Assembly: GCA_963728915.1 (NCBI GenBank)
Contig: CAVSLV010000002.1
Coordinates: forward strand, 415,655 to 479,654
Direction: 5' to 3'
DNA from: an uncultured Gemmatimonadales bacterium
GTDB lineage: Bacteria > Gemmatimonadota > Gemmatimonadetes > Gemmatimonadales > GWC2-71-9
DNA length: 64,000 nucleotides
Numbering within the stretch: the first letter of the stretch is position 1; every line of letters begins with the position of its first letter. The notes under the pieces are model-generated. The model did not search any database. It was not told where the DNA came from and saw only the letters and a program-made list of their open reading frames with translations. Both the position numbers and the translations under genes were made by a program. Below, piece by piece: positions 9,581 through 19,766 of this stretch.

Positions 9581-10479
9581 GCGAAACCAAACGACTCGGC
9601 CGGGGCCTCGAGGCCCTCCTGGGTCCGATGACGCGGGATGAAGTCCAGGCGCAGGGCGGGGCTCGGGAAATCGCGGTCGCGGCAATCGACCCTAACCCGT
9701 ATCAGCCCCGTCACGAGTTCGAGCCCACCGCGCTTCAGGAGCTGGCCGATTCGATCGAGGCCTCGGGACTGCTCCAGCCGATCGCAGTTCGTTCCGGGAA
9801 AGACGGCCGCTACGAGCTGATTGCGGGAGAGCGGCGCTGGCGCGCGGTGCAGCGACTCGGCTGGAAGGAGATCCCCGCAGTGGTGCGCGAGGTGGACGAC
9901 CGGTCCCTGCTTACCCTCGCCCTGATCGAGAACCTCCAGCGCGACGATCTCTCGCCGCTCGATGCGGCCCGGGGATACCGCCGGCTCATGGAGGAGTTCT
10001 CGATTGCGCAGCAGGAAGTCGCCCGCCTGGTTGGGAAGGATCGCTCGACCGTCAGCAACACGTTGCGCCTGCTCCAGCTCGCCCCGGAGGTTCTGGCGCT
10101 GCTCGAGCAGCGGCGGATCGCCGAAGGCCACGCCCGCGCCCTGCTGGCTCTGGCAGAGCCGCGCGAGCGTCTTCGTCTGGCCCGGGAGTGCGCCGAGCAG
10201 GAGTGGTCGGTCCGGGAGCTCGAGTCGCGGGTCCGGGGCGAGGTTCCGCCGATCGGCAAGCCGGTGACGCGGAAGCTGCTGCGCCGGACCAAACCCGACG
10301 GCCGGAGTCCCACGGCGGAGATCCGGCAGATCGAGGAAGCATTCCGGAAACGGCTGCAGACCGATGTCCGGGTGACCGCCCGGCGCCGCGGTCGCGGCGC
10401 CATCACCATCCACTACTACTCGAACGACGACCTGACCCGGTTGCTCGAGCTGGTGCTTGGGGAGCCGTTTCGGGGATGA
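9577..10479 (+). CDS. parB: Chromosome partitioning protein ParB/Spo0J
   Basis: LGRGLEALL, NPYQPR, AGERRWRA and ENLQR motifs. Confidence 0.97.
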   Translation: MSETKRLGRGLEALLGPMTRDEVQAQGGAREIAVAAIDPNPYQPRHEFEPTALQELADSIEASGLLQPIAVRSGKDGRYELIAGERRWRAVQRLGWKEIPAVVREVDDRSLLTLALIENLQRDDLSPLDAARGYRRLMEEFSIAQQEVARLVGKDRSTVSNTLRLLQLAPEVLALLEQRRIAEGHARALLALAEPRERLRLARECAEQEWSVRELESRVRGEVPPIGKPVTRKLLRRTKPDGRSPTAEIRQIEEAFRKRLQTDVRVTARRRGRGAITIHYYSNDDLTRLLELVLGEPFRG

Positions 10480-11267
10480 GACCGGGGGGCCGGCGGGTCT
10501 CCATCATCGTACAGCGGGATGGGGACCTGCACGGCCGAACCTGGCGGCTTTCCCTGTGGCTGTTGCGGTCCACCGTGGTGTTCCTGGTCGTGCTCCTGGT
10601 CGCCATCGGTCTCGGTCTCGCGTTCTTCACGCCGATCGCGCGGCAGGCCGCGCGGGTGCCGGCCCTAACCCGCAATATCGAACGACTCGAAACCGACAAC
10701 CGACGAGTCCGGGAACTCGCCTCGGCCCTCGATTCCGTCGAGGCCAGCTACTCCCGGCTTCGCCAGATGGTGGGGGCGGATATCGTTCCCGACCGGATGG
10801 CGCTGACGAGCCCGCTGACGCTCGCGCCGCCGGTCTATGCCGCGGTCCCCGGAACCGCCTTGCCCGATAGCGGGGCTTCGATTCCCCACTTCTGGCCTCT
10901 GGATGAGCGCGGGTTTGTGACCCGCGGTCAGGCGGCCGGAGGTCCCGAGGAGGAGGAGCATCCGGGGGTCGATATCGCGGTGCCGGTCGGCAGTATTGTG
11001 CGCGCCACCGGCGGAGCGGTAGTCTTGCAGACCGGGGCCCAGGCGGAATACGGCAATTTCGTGCTCCTGGAGCACCCCCAGGGATACCAGTCCATGTACG
11101 GGCATCTGTCCCGGATTCTGGCGGTGCCGGGGACCCGGGTCGCCGCCGGCGAGGTGATTGCCTTGAGCGGAAACACCGGACGGTCCACGGCTCCACATTT
11201 GCATTTCGAAATCCGCCTGAATGGCGTCTCGATCGATCCAGGAACGCTGGTGAAGGAGGAACGCTGA
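10476..11267 (+). CDS. M23 family metallopeptidase
   Basis: TM segment, coiled coil, HPGVD and PHLHFE motifs; ATGA overlap with parB. Confidence 0.92.
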   Translation: MRPGGRRVSIIVQRDGDLHGRTWRLSLWLLRSTVVFLVVLLVAIGLGLAFFTPIARQAARVPALTRNIERLETDNRRVRELASALDSVEASYSRLRQMVGADIVPDRMALTSPLTLAPPVYAAVPGTALPDSGASIPHFWPLDERGFVTRGQAAGGPEEEEHPGVDIAVPVGSIVRATGGAVVLQTGAQAEYGNFVLLEHPQGYQSMYGHLSRILAVPGTRVAAGEVIALSGNTGRSTAPHLHFEIRLNGVSIDPGTLVKEER

Positions 11268-11659
11268 TGGGACTGTTTCGGGAAGCTGCGCCTCCGGCGA
11301 TCGAGCGCCGGCGTAACGGCCAGGGGAACGGCGGCCTTTCCATCGTCGCGCGGGACCTGACGGTGACCGGAGACCTCGAGGCGGCAGGAGTGATCCGGAT
11401 CGAGGGGCGGGTCCTCGGGAACGTCCAGGCGGGCGACCAGGTATTGCTCGCCGAAGACGCCACCATCGAAGGGAATGTGGCCGCCCGGGAGGCCGTGATC
11501 GGTGGCCGGGTGCAGGGGTCCATCGTCGCCTCGGAGCGGATCGAGATCCAGGCAGACGCGATCGTCGAAGGCGATCTCGTCACACCAAGGCTGCTCATTC
11601 AAGAGGGTGGGCGCGTGAACGGCGGCATTCGAATGGAGATGGTGAGCGTTGCGCCGTAG
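11267..11659 (+). CDS. Bactofilin (polymer-forming cytoskeletal protein)
   Basis: Repeating V/I-x-G beta-helix pattern, downstream of M23. Confidence 0.9.
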   Translation: MGLFREAAPPAIERRRNGQGNGGLSIVARDLTVTGDLEAAGVIRIEGRVLGNVQAGDQVLLAEDATIEGNVAAREAVIGGRVQGSIVASERIEIQADAIVEGDLVTPRLLIQEGGRVNGGIRMEMVSVAP

Positions 11660-12617
11660 CGCGGCAGCCCTCCTTCTCCTGGCTGCCGCTTGCTCCCACC
11701 AAGCCGAAACAGAGGGATTCCGAGTGGCCCTGGTGACCCCGGGCTCCATCGCCGACGCGGCCTGGAACTCAGGGGCCTACGCCGGCCTGCTCGCCATCCG
11801 CGATTCCCTGGGCGCCCAGGTGAGCCAGGTCGAGGCAAGAACACCCGCCGAGCAGGCCGAAGCACTGCGAACCTACGCGCGACAGGGCTACCGCCTGGTC
11901 TTCGGCCACGGGTTCGAGTTCCAGGATCCTGCCGAGCGGATCGCGGCGGAAGCGCTCAACACCATCTTCGTGGTCACATCGGGTGAGCGAGTCGCGACCA
12001 CCGGCAACGTGGTTCCGCTCTGGTTCGGAATCGAGGAAGCGACCTACCTCGCCGGCATGGCCGCCGGCTCCCTGACCCGCACCGACAAGATCGGGTTCGT
12101 CGGCGGGATGGAGCTGCCGCCGATCGTGCGGGGATATGATGGATGGCTGAATGGGGCGCGGGCGGTGAACCCGCGGGTCCAGACCCGGATCACCTGGCTC
12201 AATACCTTCGACGACGTCGCGGCCGGCCGAGAGGCCGCGCTGGCGATGATCCGGTCCGGCGTGGACATGCTCCATCACAATGCCGACCAGGCCGCGCTCG
12301 GACTGTTTCAGGCGGCGAAGGAGAGTCCCGGGGTCTATGCGTTCGGTGCGAACCTGGATCAACGCGACCTCGCCCCGGAGCGCGTGGTCGGGTCCGTGGT
12401 GATCGACCTTCCCCGAGCCTTTCTGGCGATTGCCAGGGAAGTCCAGGAGAACCGGTTCACGCCGAGGGTGGAGCGGTTCGGGCTCGCGGGAGGAGTCATC
12501 CGCTATGAGGCGAATCCTTCGGTGGGAATCCAGATTCCAGCGTCGCTTTCCGCCCGGCTGACCGCCGCGAGCGATTCGATCATTGCCGGCACCCTGAACC
12601 CGCTCACGGTCCACTAG
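11649..12617 (+). CDS. BMP-family ABC substrate-binding lipoprotein
   Basis: Lipobox AAAC; DAAWN and KIGFVGG motifs. Confidence 0.9.
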   Translation: MRRSAAALLLLAAACSHQAETEGFRVALVTPGSIADAAWNSGAYAGLLAIRDSLGAQVSQVEARTPAEQAEALRTYARQGYRLVFGHGFEFQDPAERIAAEALNTIFVVTSGERVATTGNVVPLWFGIEEATYLAGMAAGSLTRTDKIGFVGGMELPPIVRGYDGWLNGARAVNPRVQTRITWLNTFDDVAAGREAALAMIRSGVDMLHHNADQAALGLFQAAKESPGVYAFGANLDQRDLAPERVVGSVVIDLPRAFLAIAREVQENRFTPRVERFGLAGGVIRYEANPSVGIQIPASLSARLTAASDSIIAGTLNPLTVH

Positions 12618-12622
12618 TCACC

Positions 12623-13402
12623 ATGGCCATCTCGGTCGGGTTGCGGGAGCTGGTCGAGTTCCTCGATCACTACTTGCGCCGAGCCGAGATCCCGGACGAA
12701 CCCAACGCGGTCAACGGCCTCCAGGTCGAGAACGCATCGGGATCGGTGCAGCGGATCGTGGCCGCGGTGGATGCGAGTCTCGAAACCATCCAGGGAGCCG
12801 CGGACGCCTCGACTGGGCCGGCCCTACTGCTGGTGCATCACGGACTCTTCTGGGACGGAAGCATTCCAATTGCGGGGCGGCGCTATCGACGGGTCCGCGC
12901 TCTGTTCGACCATGATACGGCGCTCTACGCGGCCCACATTCCGCTCGACGTCCATCCGGTCGTCGGCAACAACGTGGTGCTGGCCCGGGAGCTTGGCCTC
13001 GCCGAGCAGCAGCCGTTCGATCAGTACCGCGGTGTCCCGATCGGAGTTCAGGGAGTGTTCGACCCGCCGCTCGATCGGGACGAGCTGGTATTGCGACTGG
13101 AGCAGCTCCTTTCCACCGATGCGCGCCTCATCTCCGGAGGGCCCGAACGGGCTCGCCGCGTCGGGGTGATCACGGGAGCCGCTGGCGGTCGTATCGCCGC
13201 CGCGCGTGACGCCGGGCTCGATACCTATATCACCGGCGAAGGGGCGCACCATACCTACTTTGACGCCATGGAATTCGGGGTGAACGTGATCTATGCCGGT
13301 CATTATTCCACCGAGACCGTCGGGGTGAAAGCCCTCGCGGCTCACCTCAGTGAACGATTCGGGATTCCCTGGGAGTTTCATCGCCATCCCACCGGGCTCT
13401 GA
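12623..13402 (+). CDS. Nif3-like dinuclear metal centre protein
   Basis: NGLQVE, VHHGLFW, HIPLDVH, ITGE and GHYSTE motifs. Confidence 0.92.
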   Translation: MAISVGLRELVEFLDHYLRRAEIPDEPNAVNGLQVENASGSVQRIVAAVDASLETIQGAADASTGPALLLVHHGLFWDGSIPIAGRRYRRVRALFDHDTALYAAHIPLDVHPVVGNNVVLARELGLAEQQPFDQYRGVPIGVQGVFDPPLDRDELVLRLEQLLSTDARLISGGPERARRVGVITGAAGGRIAAARDAGLDTYITGEGAHHTYFDAMEFGVNVIYAGHYSTETVGVKALAAHLSERFGIPWEFHRHPTGL

Positions 13403-14783
13403 CCGAGCCGGGGCCCGCCCGGCGCTTTCCCTCTGCGGCATTTCCAAACGCTTTGGAGCGACCACCGCGCTCCAGGAAGTCGACTTCTCCATTCGCCCGG
13501 GCGAGATCCACGCCCTCCTCGGCGAGAACGGAGCCGGGAAGTCGACCCTGATGCACCTTGGATTCGGGATGCTGGCCCCCGATGCGGGAACGATCCGGGT
13601 CGCGGGTGAGGTGGTGCGGCTTCGATCGCCGCGCGACGCGCGACGATATCGGATCGGGATGGTGCACCAGCATTTCACCAGCATCGACTTCCTGTCCACC
13701 CGCGAAAACGTGGAGCTGGCCGTCGGCCGGAGACTCGACCGCTCGTTCACATGGGATGCAGGACTACTCCAGGGCATCGACCCGAACCGCCGGACCGGAG
13801 ACTTGCCGGTCGCCCTGCGCCAGCGTCTGGAGATCGCCAAGGCGCTCGCCGCCGGGGCGGAGGTGCTGCTGCTGGATGAACCGAGCGCCGTGCTGGCGCC
13901 CAGCGAAGTGCTGGAGCTGCTCGGGCTGGTTCGGGCCTTCGCGGCGAAAGGAGGCGCGATCGCGCTCATCACCCACAAATTGCCCGAGGTCTTCGCCGCG
14001 GCGGATCGAGTAACCGTGCTGCGAAAAGGCCGGGTCACGCTCCATGGTTCGGTGAAAGAACAAACCGAGTCCACCCTCGCGCGGGCGATGATCGGAGAGG
14101 CGGATCTTCCCAGGCGGGCGGTCGGTGTCACGCCAACGCCGCAGCTTCGGGGAGACCCTCTGATCCGGATCGGGGCCGTCGAGATCCACGCCGGAGAGCT
14201 GGTCGGTCTCGCCGCCATCGAAGGACAGGGCCATCGAGAGCTGCTTCGCCGGATTGCCAACACCGACGGGGTGGTCCTGGTGCCGGAGGATCGGACCACC
14301 GAGGGATTGATCCCCGAGATGACCCTGACGGAGAACCTCGTGCTCGGACGAGACGATGACCCCCGATGGCGACGGGGCTTCCGGTTGCAATGGTCGGCCG
14401 CCCGAGCTCACGCGACAGCCGTCATCGAGGCGTACCAGATCACGGCGGGGGGCCCCGACGTCTTCGCCATGAGTCTCTCCGGCGGGAACCAGCAGCGGGT
14501 CATGATCGCGCGGGCCCTGGAGAGCCGGCCCCGGGTCTTGGTAGTCGAGAATCCGTTTCGGGGACTCGATCTTCGGGCCATCACCGCGATCCGCGACCGG
14601 CTCCGGTCGGCGGCGGAGCAGGGAATCGCGGTGCTGGTCTACTCCACCGATCTCGACGAAGTCATCGACCTTGCGGGGCGGATGCTCGTGGTCCGGAACC
14701 ACGAGGTACGGGAGGCTCCGCGCGGGGCCGATCGACAAGTCATCGGTCGGTTGATGCTCGGGCTTTCTGAGGGCGACGCGTAA
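13350..14783 (+). CDS. Sugar/nucleoside ABC ATP-binding protein (start uncertain)
   Basis: GENGAGKST and LSGGNQQ motifs, two NBD halves. Confidence 0.9.
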   Translation: MNDSGFPGSFIAIPPGSDRAGARPALSLCGISKRFGATTALQEVDFSIRPGEIHALLGENGAGKSTLMHLGFGMLAPDAGTIRVAGEVVRLRSPRDARRYRIGMVHQHFTSIDFLSTRENVELAVGRRLDRSFTWDAGLLQGIDPNRRTGDLPVALRQRLEIAKALAAGAEVLLLDEPSAVLAPSEVLELLGLVRAFAAKGGAIALITHKLPEVFAAADRVTVLRKGRVTLHGSVKEQTESTLARAMIGEADLPRRAVGVTPTPQLRGDPLIRIGAVEIHAGELVGLAAIEGQGHRELLRRIANTDGVVLVPEDRTTEGLIPEMTLTENLVLGRDDDPRWRRGFRLQWSAARAHATAVIEAYQITAGGPDVFAMSLSGGNQQRVMIARALESRPRVLVVENPFRGLDLRAITAIRDRLRSAAEQGIAVLVYSTDLDEVIDLAGRMLVVRNHEVREAPRGADRQVIGRLMLGLSEGDA

Positions 14784-14784
14784 C

Positions 14785-15834
14785 ATGAGGTCGGGCTGGC
14801 TCCGCGCCGCCATGGTCGGATTCGTCGCGGTCGCGGCTGGATTCGCAGTGCTCGCCGCCGGGCTGGTGCTGCTCGGCTACGACGCCGGGCTCGCATTCGA
14901 GGCGATGTTCCGGGGCGCCCTGGGAAGCAGCGACGCATTTCTTTCCGCCACCCTGGTTCGGTCGGTTCCCCTGATCATCCTCGGGCTGGGCGTCGCGCTC
15001 GCCTTCCAGGCCGGGGCACTCAACATCGGAGCGGACGGACAGTTCTATGCCGGAGCGATTGCGGCGGTCTGGGTCGGCCAGCATGTGAATGGCTGGCCCG
15101 GGCCCCTGGCCATTCCGGCGGTGCTGGTGGGGGCTTCGATTGCCGGAGCCGTGTGGATCCTGATTCCAGCGCTGCTCCGTCTCCGATTCGGGGTCCTCGA
15201 GGTCATCACGACCCTGCTTCTCAATTTCGTGGCGGTCGCCCTGGTGAGTTACGCGGTGACCGGGCCGCTCCAGGAGCACACCCGGTTCTATCCGCAGAGC
15301 GATCCGATCGCGGAATCCGCGCGGTTGCCGGTGGTCCCGGGGAGCCGGCTCCACCTCGGGTTTCTGGTGGCCGTCCTGATCGCGGGATTGCTCTGGGGGT
15401 ATCTGCGCTCCACGGCATCCGGGTTCCGGCTCCGCGCGGCGGGATTGAGCCCGCGAGCCGCGGAGGTGGCGGGACGGATTCCGGTGGCGCGGATCATCGC
15501 CGGCGCCCTGCTCGGATCGGGCGCGCTCGCCGGGTTAGGCGGCGGGATCGAGGTTTCGGGGGTTTCCTACAGCCTCTTCGCCAACCTCTCTCCCGGATAC
15601 GGATTCACCGCGATCGCGGTCGCCCTGCTCGGACGTCTTCACCCTCTCGGGGTTCTCGCGGCGGGCCTTTTGTTCGGGGCCCTCGAGGCCGGCGCTCAGG
15701 GGATGCAGCGGGACGCCGGCGTCCCCGCCGTCGCCGTCGCCGTGGTGGAGGCGGTGGTGATCATCGCGGTTCTGCTGGCCGAGGGAGGGGTGCGGCGAAG
15801 CTTGAGCGTCGCGGGAGCGATCGGCGATGGCTGA
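14785..15834 (+). CDS. Nucleoside ABC permease
   Basis: LNIGADGQ and GYGFTAIAVALLG motifs. Confidence 0.9.
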   Translation: MRSGWLRAAMVGFVAVAAGFAVLAAGLVLLGYDAGLAFEAMFRGALGSSDAFLSATLVRSVPLIILGLGVALAFQAGALNIGADGQFYAGAIAAVWVGQHVNGWPGPLAIPAVLVGASIAGAVWILIPALLRLRFGVLEVITTLLLNFVAVALVSYAVTGPLQEHTRFYPQSDPIAESARLPVVPGSRLHLGFLVAVLIAGLLWGYLRSTASGFRLRAAGLSPRAAEVAGRIPVARIIAGALLGSGALAGLGGGIEVSGVSYSLFANLSPGYGFTAIAVALLGRLHPLGVLAAGLLFGALEAGAQGMQRDAGVPAVAVAVVEAVVIIAVLLAEGGVRRSLSVAGAIGDG

Positions 15835-16732
15835 GGCCCAGACGCTCGGCTTCCTCGCCGCCACCATCCGGATCTCCACCCCGCTCCTTCTCGCGGCCAC
15901 CGGGGAGATGATCACGGAACGCGCCGGGGTCATCAATCTCGGAATCGAGGGCGCCATGCTCTCCGGCGCGCTCGGGGCGGCGATCGGTGCGATCTCGGGA
16001 GGGCCGTGGGTTGGATTGGCGGTCGGGATGCTCTCGGGTCTGCTGATCACCGGTTGTTTCGGCGTCATCGTCGTGTACGGCAGAGCCCAGCAGATCATTG
16101 CCGGTACCGCCATCACGCTCGGCGCCATCGGGCTCACCGGGGTGGTCTACCGGGCCCGGTTCGGTGCCGAGGGCGCGGGGCTCTCGGTGCCGACTCTCCC
16201 GCTGGTCCGGGTCCCCGGGCTGGGCGGCCTTCCCGGCCTGGGCCCGGTGCTGTTCCGGCAATCGCCCCTCACCTATCTGAGCTGGGTGGCCGTGGGGATC
16301 GCCGGCTGGTTCCTGTTCCGGACCTGGTGGGGGTTGGCCCTGCGGGCCACTGGAGAATCGGCCCAAGCGGCGCGGGCCGCGGGCGTCCCGGTGGCGCGGG
16401 TTAGGATGGCGGCGATTCTCGCAGGGGGCGGCATGGCGGGTCTGGCCGGCGCCACTCTGGTGCTCGCCCAGGTGGGAACCTTCGCGGAGAACATGACCGC
16501 CGGCCGCGGGTTCATCGCGATTGCGATCGTGGTGCTGGGACGGTGGCACCCGATCGGAGTGGTGCTGGCTGCGTGGCTCTTCGGGGTGGCGGGAGCGCTC
16601 CAATTCACGGTCCAGGCTGCGGGCCTCGACGTACCCTATCAGCTCGCTCTCGCGCTGCCCTATCTCCTCGCCCTGCTGGCGCTTGCCGGAGCCTGGGGGC
16701 GCTCACGGGCACCCGCCGCGCTGGGCAGGTAG
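15827..16732 (+). CDS. Nucleoside ABC permease
   Basis: ERAGVINLGIEG and AGRGFIAIA motifs. Confidence 0.9.
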   Translation: MAEAQTLGFLAATIRISTPLLLAATGEMITERAGVINLGIEGAMLSGALGAAIGAISGGPWVGLAVGMLSGLLITGCFGVIVVYGRAQQIIAGTAITLGAIGLTGVVYRARFGAEGAGLSVPTLPLVRVPGLGGLPGLGPVLFRQSPLTYLSWVAVGIAGWFLFRTWWGLALRATGESAQAARAAGVPVARVRMAAILAGGGMAGLAGATLVLAQVGTFAENMTAGRGFIAIAIVVLGRWHPIGVVLAAWLFGVAGALQFTVQAAGLDVPYQLALALPYLLALLALAGAWGRSRAPAALGR

Positions 16733-16762
16733 CTTCCTCCCGACGGTTTCAACGAGGTTCCA

Positions 16763-17251
16763 ATGCCGGGGATTCCCGACGAACTCCTCCAGCAGATCGA
16801 GGCAACTCAGGGCGGGGATCCCTGGTATGGGTCATCGCTGGAGCGACTGCTTGGTGACATCACGGCCGCCCAGGCCCAGCTTACCCCGGTCGCTGGCGGC
16901 CATTCGATCTGGGAGCAGGTCCTCCATATGACATCGTGGAGACGAGAGGTCACCAGACGGATCCTGGGAGCTCCTCCGGTCCCGCCGGTCGAAGGAGACT
17001 GGCCCGCGGGAAAAGGGTCTGAGGAAGAATGGGGCGAGGCAAAGAAATCCCTGGCAAGAGCGCACCGCGATCTGGTGACTGCAATTCGGTCGCAACCCGT
17101 CTCCCGTTGGGCTGAACCAGTAGGGACCACGCGGGACCCCGGGCTTGGCTCCGGGCTCAGCGTGCTCGGGATGGTGGTGGGATTGGCTCAGCATGACGCC
17201 TACCACATCGGCCAGATCGCCATGCTCCGGCGTGCCGCCGGACTCCTGTAG
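16763..17251 (+). CDS. DinB family protein
   Basis: HSIWEQVLH and HDAYHIGQI motifs. Confidence 0.88.
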   Translation: MPGIPDELLQQIEATQGGDPWYGSSLERLLGDITAAQAQLTPVAGGHSIWEQVLHMTSWRREVTRRILGAPPVPPVEGDWPAGKGSEEEWGEAKKSLARAHRDLVTAIRSQPVSRWAEPVGTTRDPGLGSGLSVLGMVVGLAQHDAYHIGQIAMLRRAAGLL

Positions 17252-17261
17252 GGGGATAGAG

Positions 17262-17705
17262 TTGCCTCGGCTTGGGTTTGCTTCCGGGATTCTGGTGCTG
17301 ATCTGGCTGGGCGCCAGGGCTGTTCAAGGCACGACGCACGTCATCCGGCTCTCCGGCAACTCTTTCGTTCCGGCGGTAATCGAGGCTCACGCGGGGGATT
17401 CCCTGCGGTTCATCAACGGCCCCGGCGGCCTGCACAACGTGGAATTCGTGGCCGATTCGATCCCGGAATCGCTGCGATCACGGATCGCCGACGCGATGCC
17501 CGGCGAGAAAATCGGCCCTCTTTCGGGCCCATTGCTGCTCTCGGCCGGTGAGGAGTACCGGTTCCGGATTCCGGATCTTCCGCCCGGTCGATACCCATTC
17601 ATCTGTCTGGCCCATGTCGTCGTCGGGATGCGCGGGGTCCTGGTGATTGCCCGGGATAAGCCCGATCGCCAGGCAGGCCTGCCGCAAGCCCGGAGTCGGA
17701 GGTAG
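17262..17705 (+). CDS. Plastocyanin/azurin-like blue copper protein
   Basis: Signal peptide, HNVEF and C-x2-H-x4-M ligands; TTG start inferred. Confidence 0.82.
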   Translation: MPRLGFASGILVLIWLGARAVQGTTHVIRLSGNSFVPAVIEAHAGDSLRFINGPGGLHNVEFVADSIPESLRSRIADAMPGEKIGPLSGPLLLSAGEEYRFRIPDLPPGRYPFICLAHVVVGMRGVLVIARDKPDRQAGLPQARSRR

Positions 17706-17777
17706 GTTCTTCCGGTCCAATCCGTTGCACCGACCCGTACCGCTCCTGCAGTCGATCGCACCTCTTTCGGAGGGTTC

Positions 17778-18338
17778 ATGACGCCGTTGTCCGCGCTGTG
17801 GCTGCCCGTACTGCTTTCCGGAGTGCTGGTGTTCTTCTCGAGCTTCGTGATTCACATGCTTCTGCCGTTCCATCGCGCCGACTATCCGGCCATGCCCAAT
17901 GAGGATCGGGTGATGGAGGCATTGCGGCCGCTCAGCATCGCGCCCGGCGATTACATGGTACCGCGCGCGAACGATCCCAAGGACATGCGGTCCCCGGAAT
18001 TCCAGGAGAAAATGGAAAAGGGTCCCGTGTTCATCATGACCATGCTGCCCAGTGGGAAGTTCAACATGGGCAGGAACCTGCTTCAGTGGTTCATCTACAC
18101 CCTGGTGGTCGGCCTGTTTTCGGCGTACGTGGGCGGTCGGGCCCTGTCCGCCGGGACCGACTATCTCGCGGTCTTCCGTCTGGTGGGCACGGTGGCCTTC
18201 ATCGGGTACGCGCTGGCGCTGTGGCAGATGTCGATCTGGTACCGGCGCAACCTCGGCACCACCATTCGGAGCACGATCGACGGCCTGGTCTACGCGTTGC
18301 TCACCGCCGGCGTATTCGGTTGGCTGTGGCCCCGGTAA
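17778..18338 (+). CDS. Hypothetical membrane protein
   Basis: Four hydrophobic segments; SD GGAGG. Confidence 0.8.
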   Translation: MTPLSALWLPVLLSGVLVFFSSFVIHMLLPFHRADYPAMPNEDRVMEALRPLSIAPGDYMVPRANDPKDMRSPEFQEKMEKGPVFIMTMLPSGKFNMGRNLLQWFIYTLVVGLFSAYVGGRALSAGTDYLAVFRLVGTVAFIGYALALWQMSIWYRRNLGTTIRSTIDGLVYALLTAGVFGWLWPR

Positions 18339-19000
18339 GCCGCAAGGTCACCTACCAGGATCTTTTCGAAAACAATCGTCGCTGGGCGCGGGGTGTCCTC
18401 CGGAACGATCCGGAGTTCTTCCGGAGGCTTTCCCTGCAACAGACGCCCCGATTCCTCTGGATCGGCTGCGCCGACAGCCGGGTGCCGGCCAATGAGATCG
18501 TGGGGCTTCTGCCCGGCGAGATCTTCGTGCACCGTAATGTCGCCAACCTGGTGGTGGAGGGAGATCTCAACTGCCTCTCCGTGATCCAGTTTGCGGTGGA
18601 TGTGCTGAAGGTCGAGCACATCATCGTCTGCGGTCACTACGGGTGTGGAGGTGTGCAGGCTGCCTGGCGGGGAGAAGCCCTGGGGCTCATCGACCAGTGG
18701 ATCCGGCACGTGAAGGCAATTGCGGGGGAGCATCGGGACCGGCTGCACGGTCTCGCCGAAGCGGACGCGATCGATCGCCTGTGCGAGCTGAACGTGCTTG
18801 GCCAGGCGGTGCATGTGTGCCGAACGGGCATCGTTCAGGCCGCCTGGAGCAGGGGTCAGTCGATCGCGGTGCATGCCTGGATCTACGGATTGCACGACGG
18901 GCTGATCCGGGATCTCAAAGGGAGCATCGAAGGGCCCGATCAGGTCGACCTGATGTATCAGAAGGCGCTCGAGGACCTGCCGGTTCGCAAGCGGACCTGA
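18326..19000 (+). CDS. can: Beta-carbonic anhydrase (start uncertain)
   Basis: GCADSRV, HRNVAN and CGHYGCGG motifs. Confidence 0.93.
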   Translation: MAPVSRKVTYQDLFENNRRWARGVLRNDPEFFRRLSLQQTPRFLWIGCADSRVPANEIVGLLPGEIFVHRNVANLVVEGDLNCLSVIQFAVDVLKVEHIIVCGHYGCGGVQAAWRGEALGLIDQWIRHVKAIAGEHRDRLHGLAEADAIDRLCELNVLGQAVHVCRTGIVQAAWSRGQSIAVHAWIYGLHDGLIRDLKGSIEGPDQVDLMYQKALEDLPVRKRT

Positions 19001-19001
19001 C

Positions 19002-19481
19002 ATGCTCGTCGAGCTCAAACGACTCTCGGATCATGCCGCCTGGGCGGACCGGCTCCTCGCCGATGCTCTCGTGGCGAGCAACGGGGAGCCGGGTACCGCG
19101 GTCCGGGAGTTCGCCCACGTGCTCGGTACGTCCGAGACCTGGCTCGCGCGCATCGAAGGCCGGCCCCCGACACTGGCGGTGTGGCCGGAGCTTGCGGCAG
19201 ACCAGTTGATGGAAACCGTGTCGGCGGTGCACCGGGGCTACCAGGCGTTCCTGAGCTCGGTCACCGAAGGAGCACTGGGCGGACCCATCAGGTACGTGAA
19301 CAGTGCGGGGCAGCGGTTCGAGAATCGGCTGGACGATCTTCTGCTGCATGCCGCTTTGCACGGCCAGTACCACCGCGGAAAGATCAATCTGTTGCTTCGC
19401 CAGTCCGGCAGGCAACCGATTCCGACCGACTACATTGCCTTCATTCGAGGAGTCCCGGCCGCCATCACCAAGCCGAGGTAG
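19002..19481 (+). CDS. DinB family protein
   Basis: HAAWAD and HGQYHRGKI motifs. Confidence 0.88.
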   Translation: MLVELKRLSDHAAWADRLLADALVASNGEPGTAVREFAHVLGTSETWLARIEGRPPTLAVWPELAADQLMETVSAVHRGYQAFLSSVTEGALGGPIRYVNSAGQRFENRLDDLLLHAALHGQYHRGKINLLLRQSGRQPIPTDYIAFIRGVPAAITKPR

Positions 19482-19487
19482 TTCCCG

Positions 19488-19766
19488 ATGCCGTGCTTCC
19501 TGTTGTTGCTCGCCCTGATCACTCCCCGTCTCGTCATCGTCCTGCTCTGGCTCTTGACCCACTGGTTCCAGGGACTCTTTCCGTCGGTGGCGGTTCCCCT
19601 GCTCGGGTTCATCTTCCTTCCCAGCACGCTCCTGTGGTACACCGCGGTGCAACACTGGTTCGCCGGCCAGTGGAGCTTCTGGCCGGTGGTCGGCCTCGTG
19701 ATCGCTCTCCTGATCGACCTCTCCCCCGCCAAGGGGAAGTGGCGAAGGCCTCGAGAGGCGCCATAG
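19488..19766 (+). CDS. Small membrane protein
   Basis: Highly hydrophobic, 92 aa, with SD. Confidence 0.7.
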   Translation: MPCFLLLLALITPRLVIVLLWLLTHWFQGLFPSVAVPLLGFIFLPSTLLWYTAVQHWFAGQWSFWPVVGLVIALLIDLSPAKGKWRRPREAP

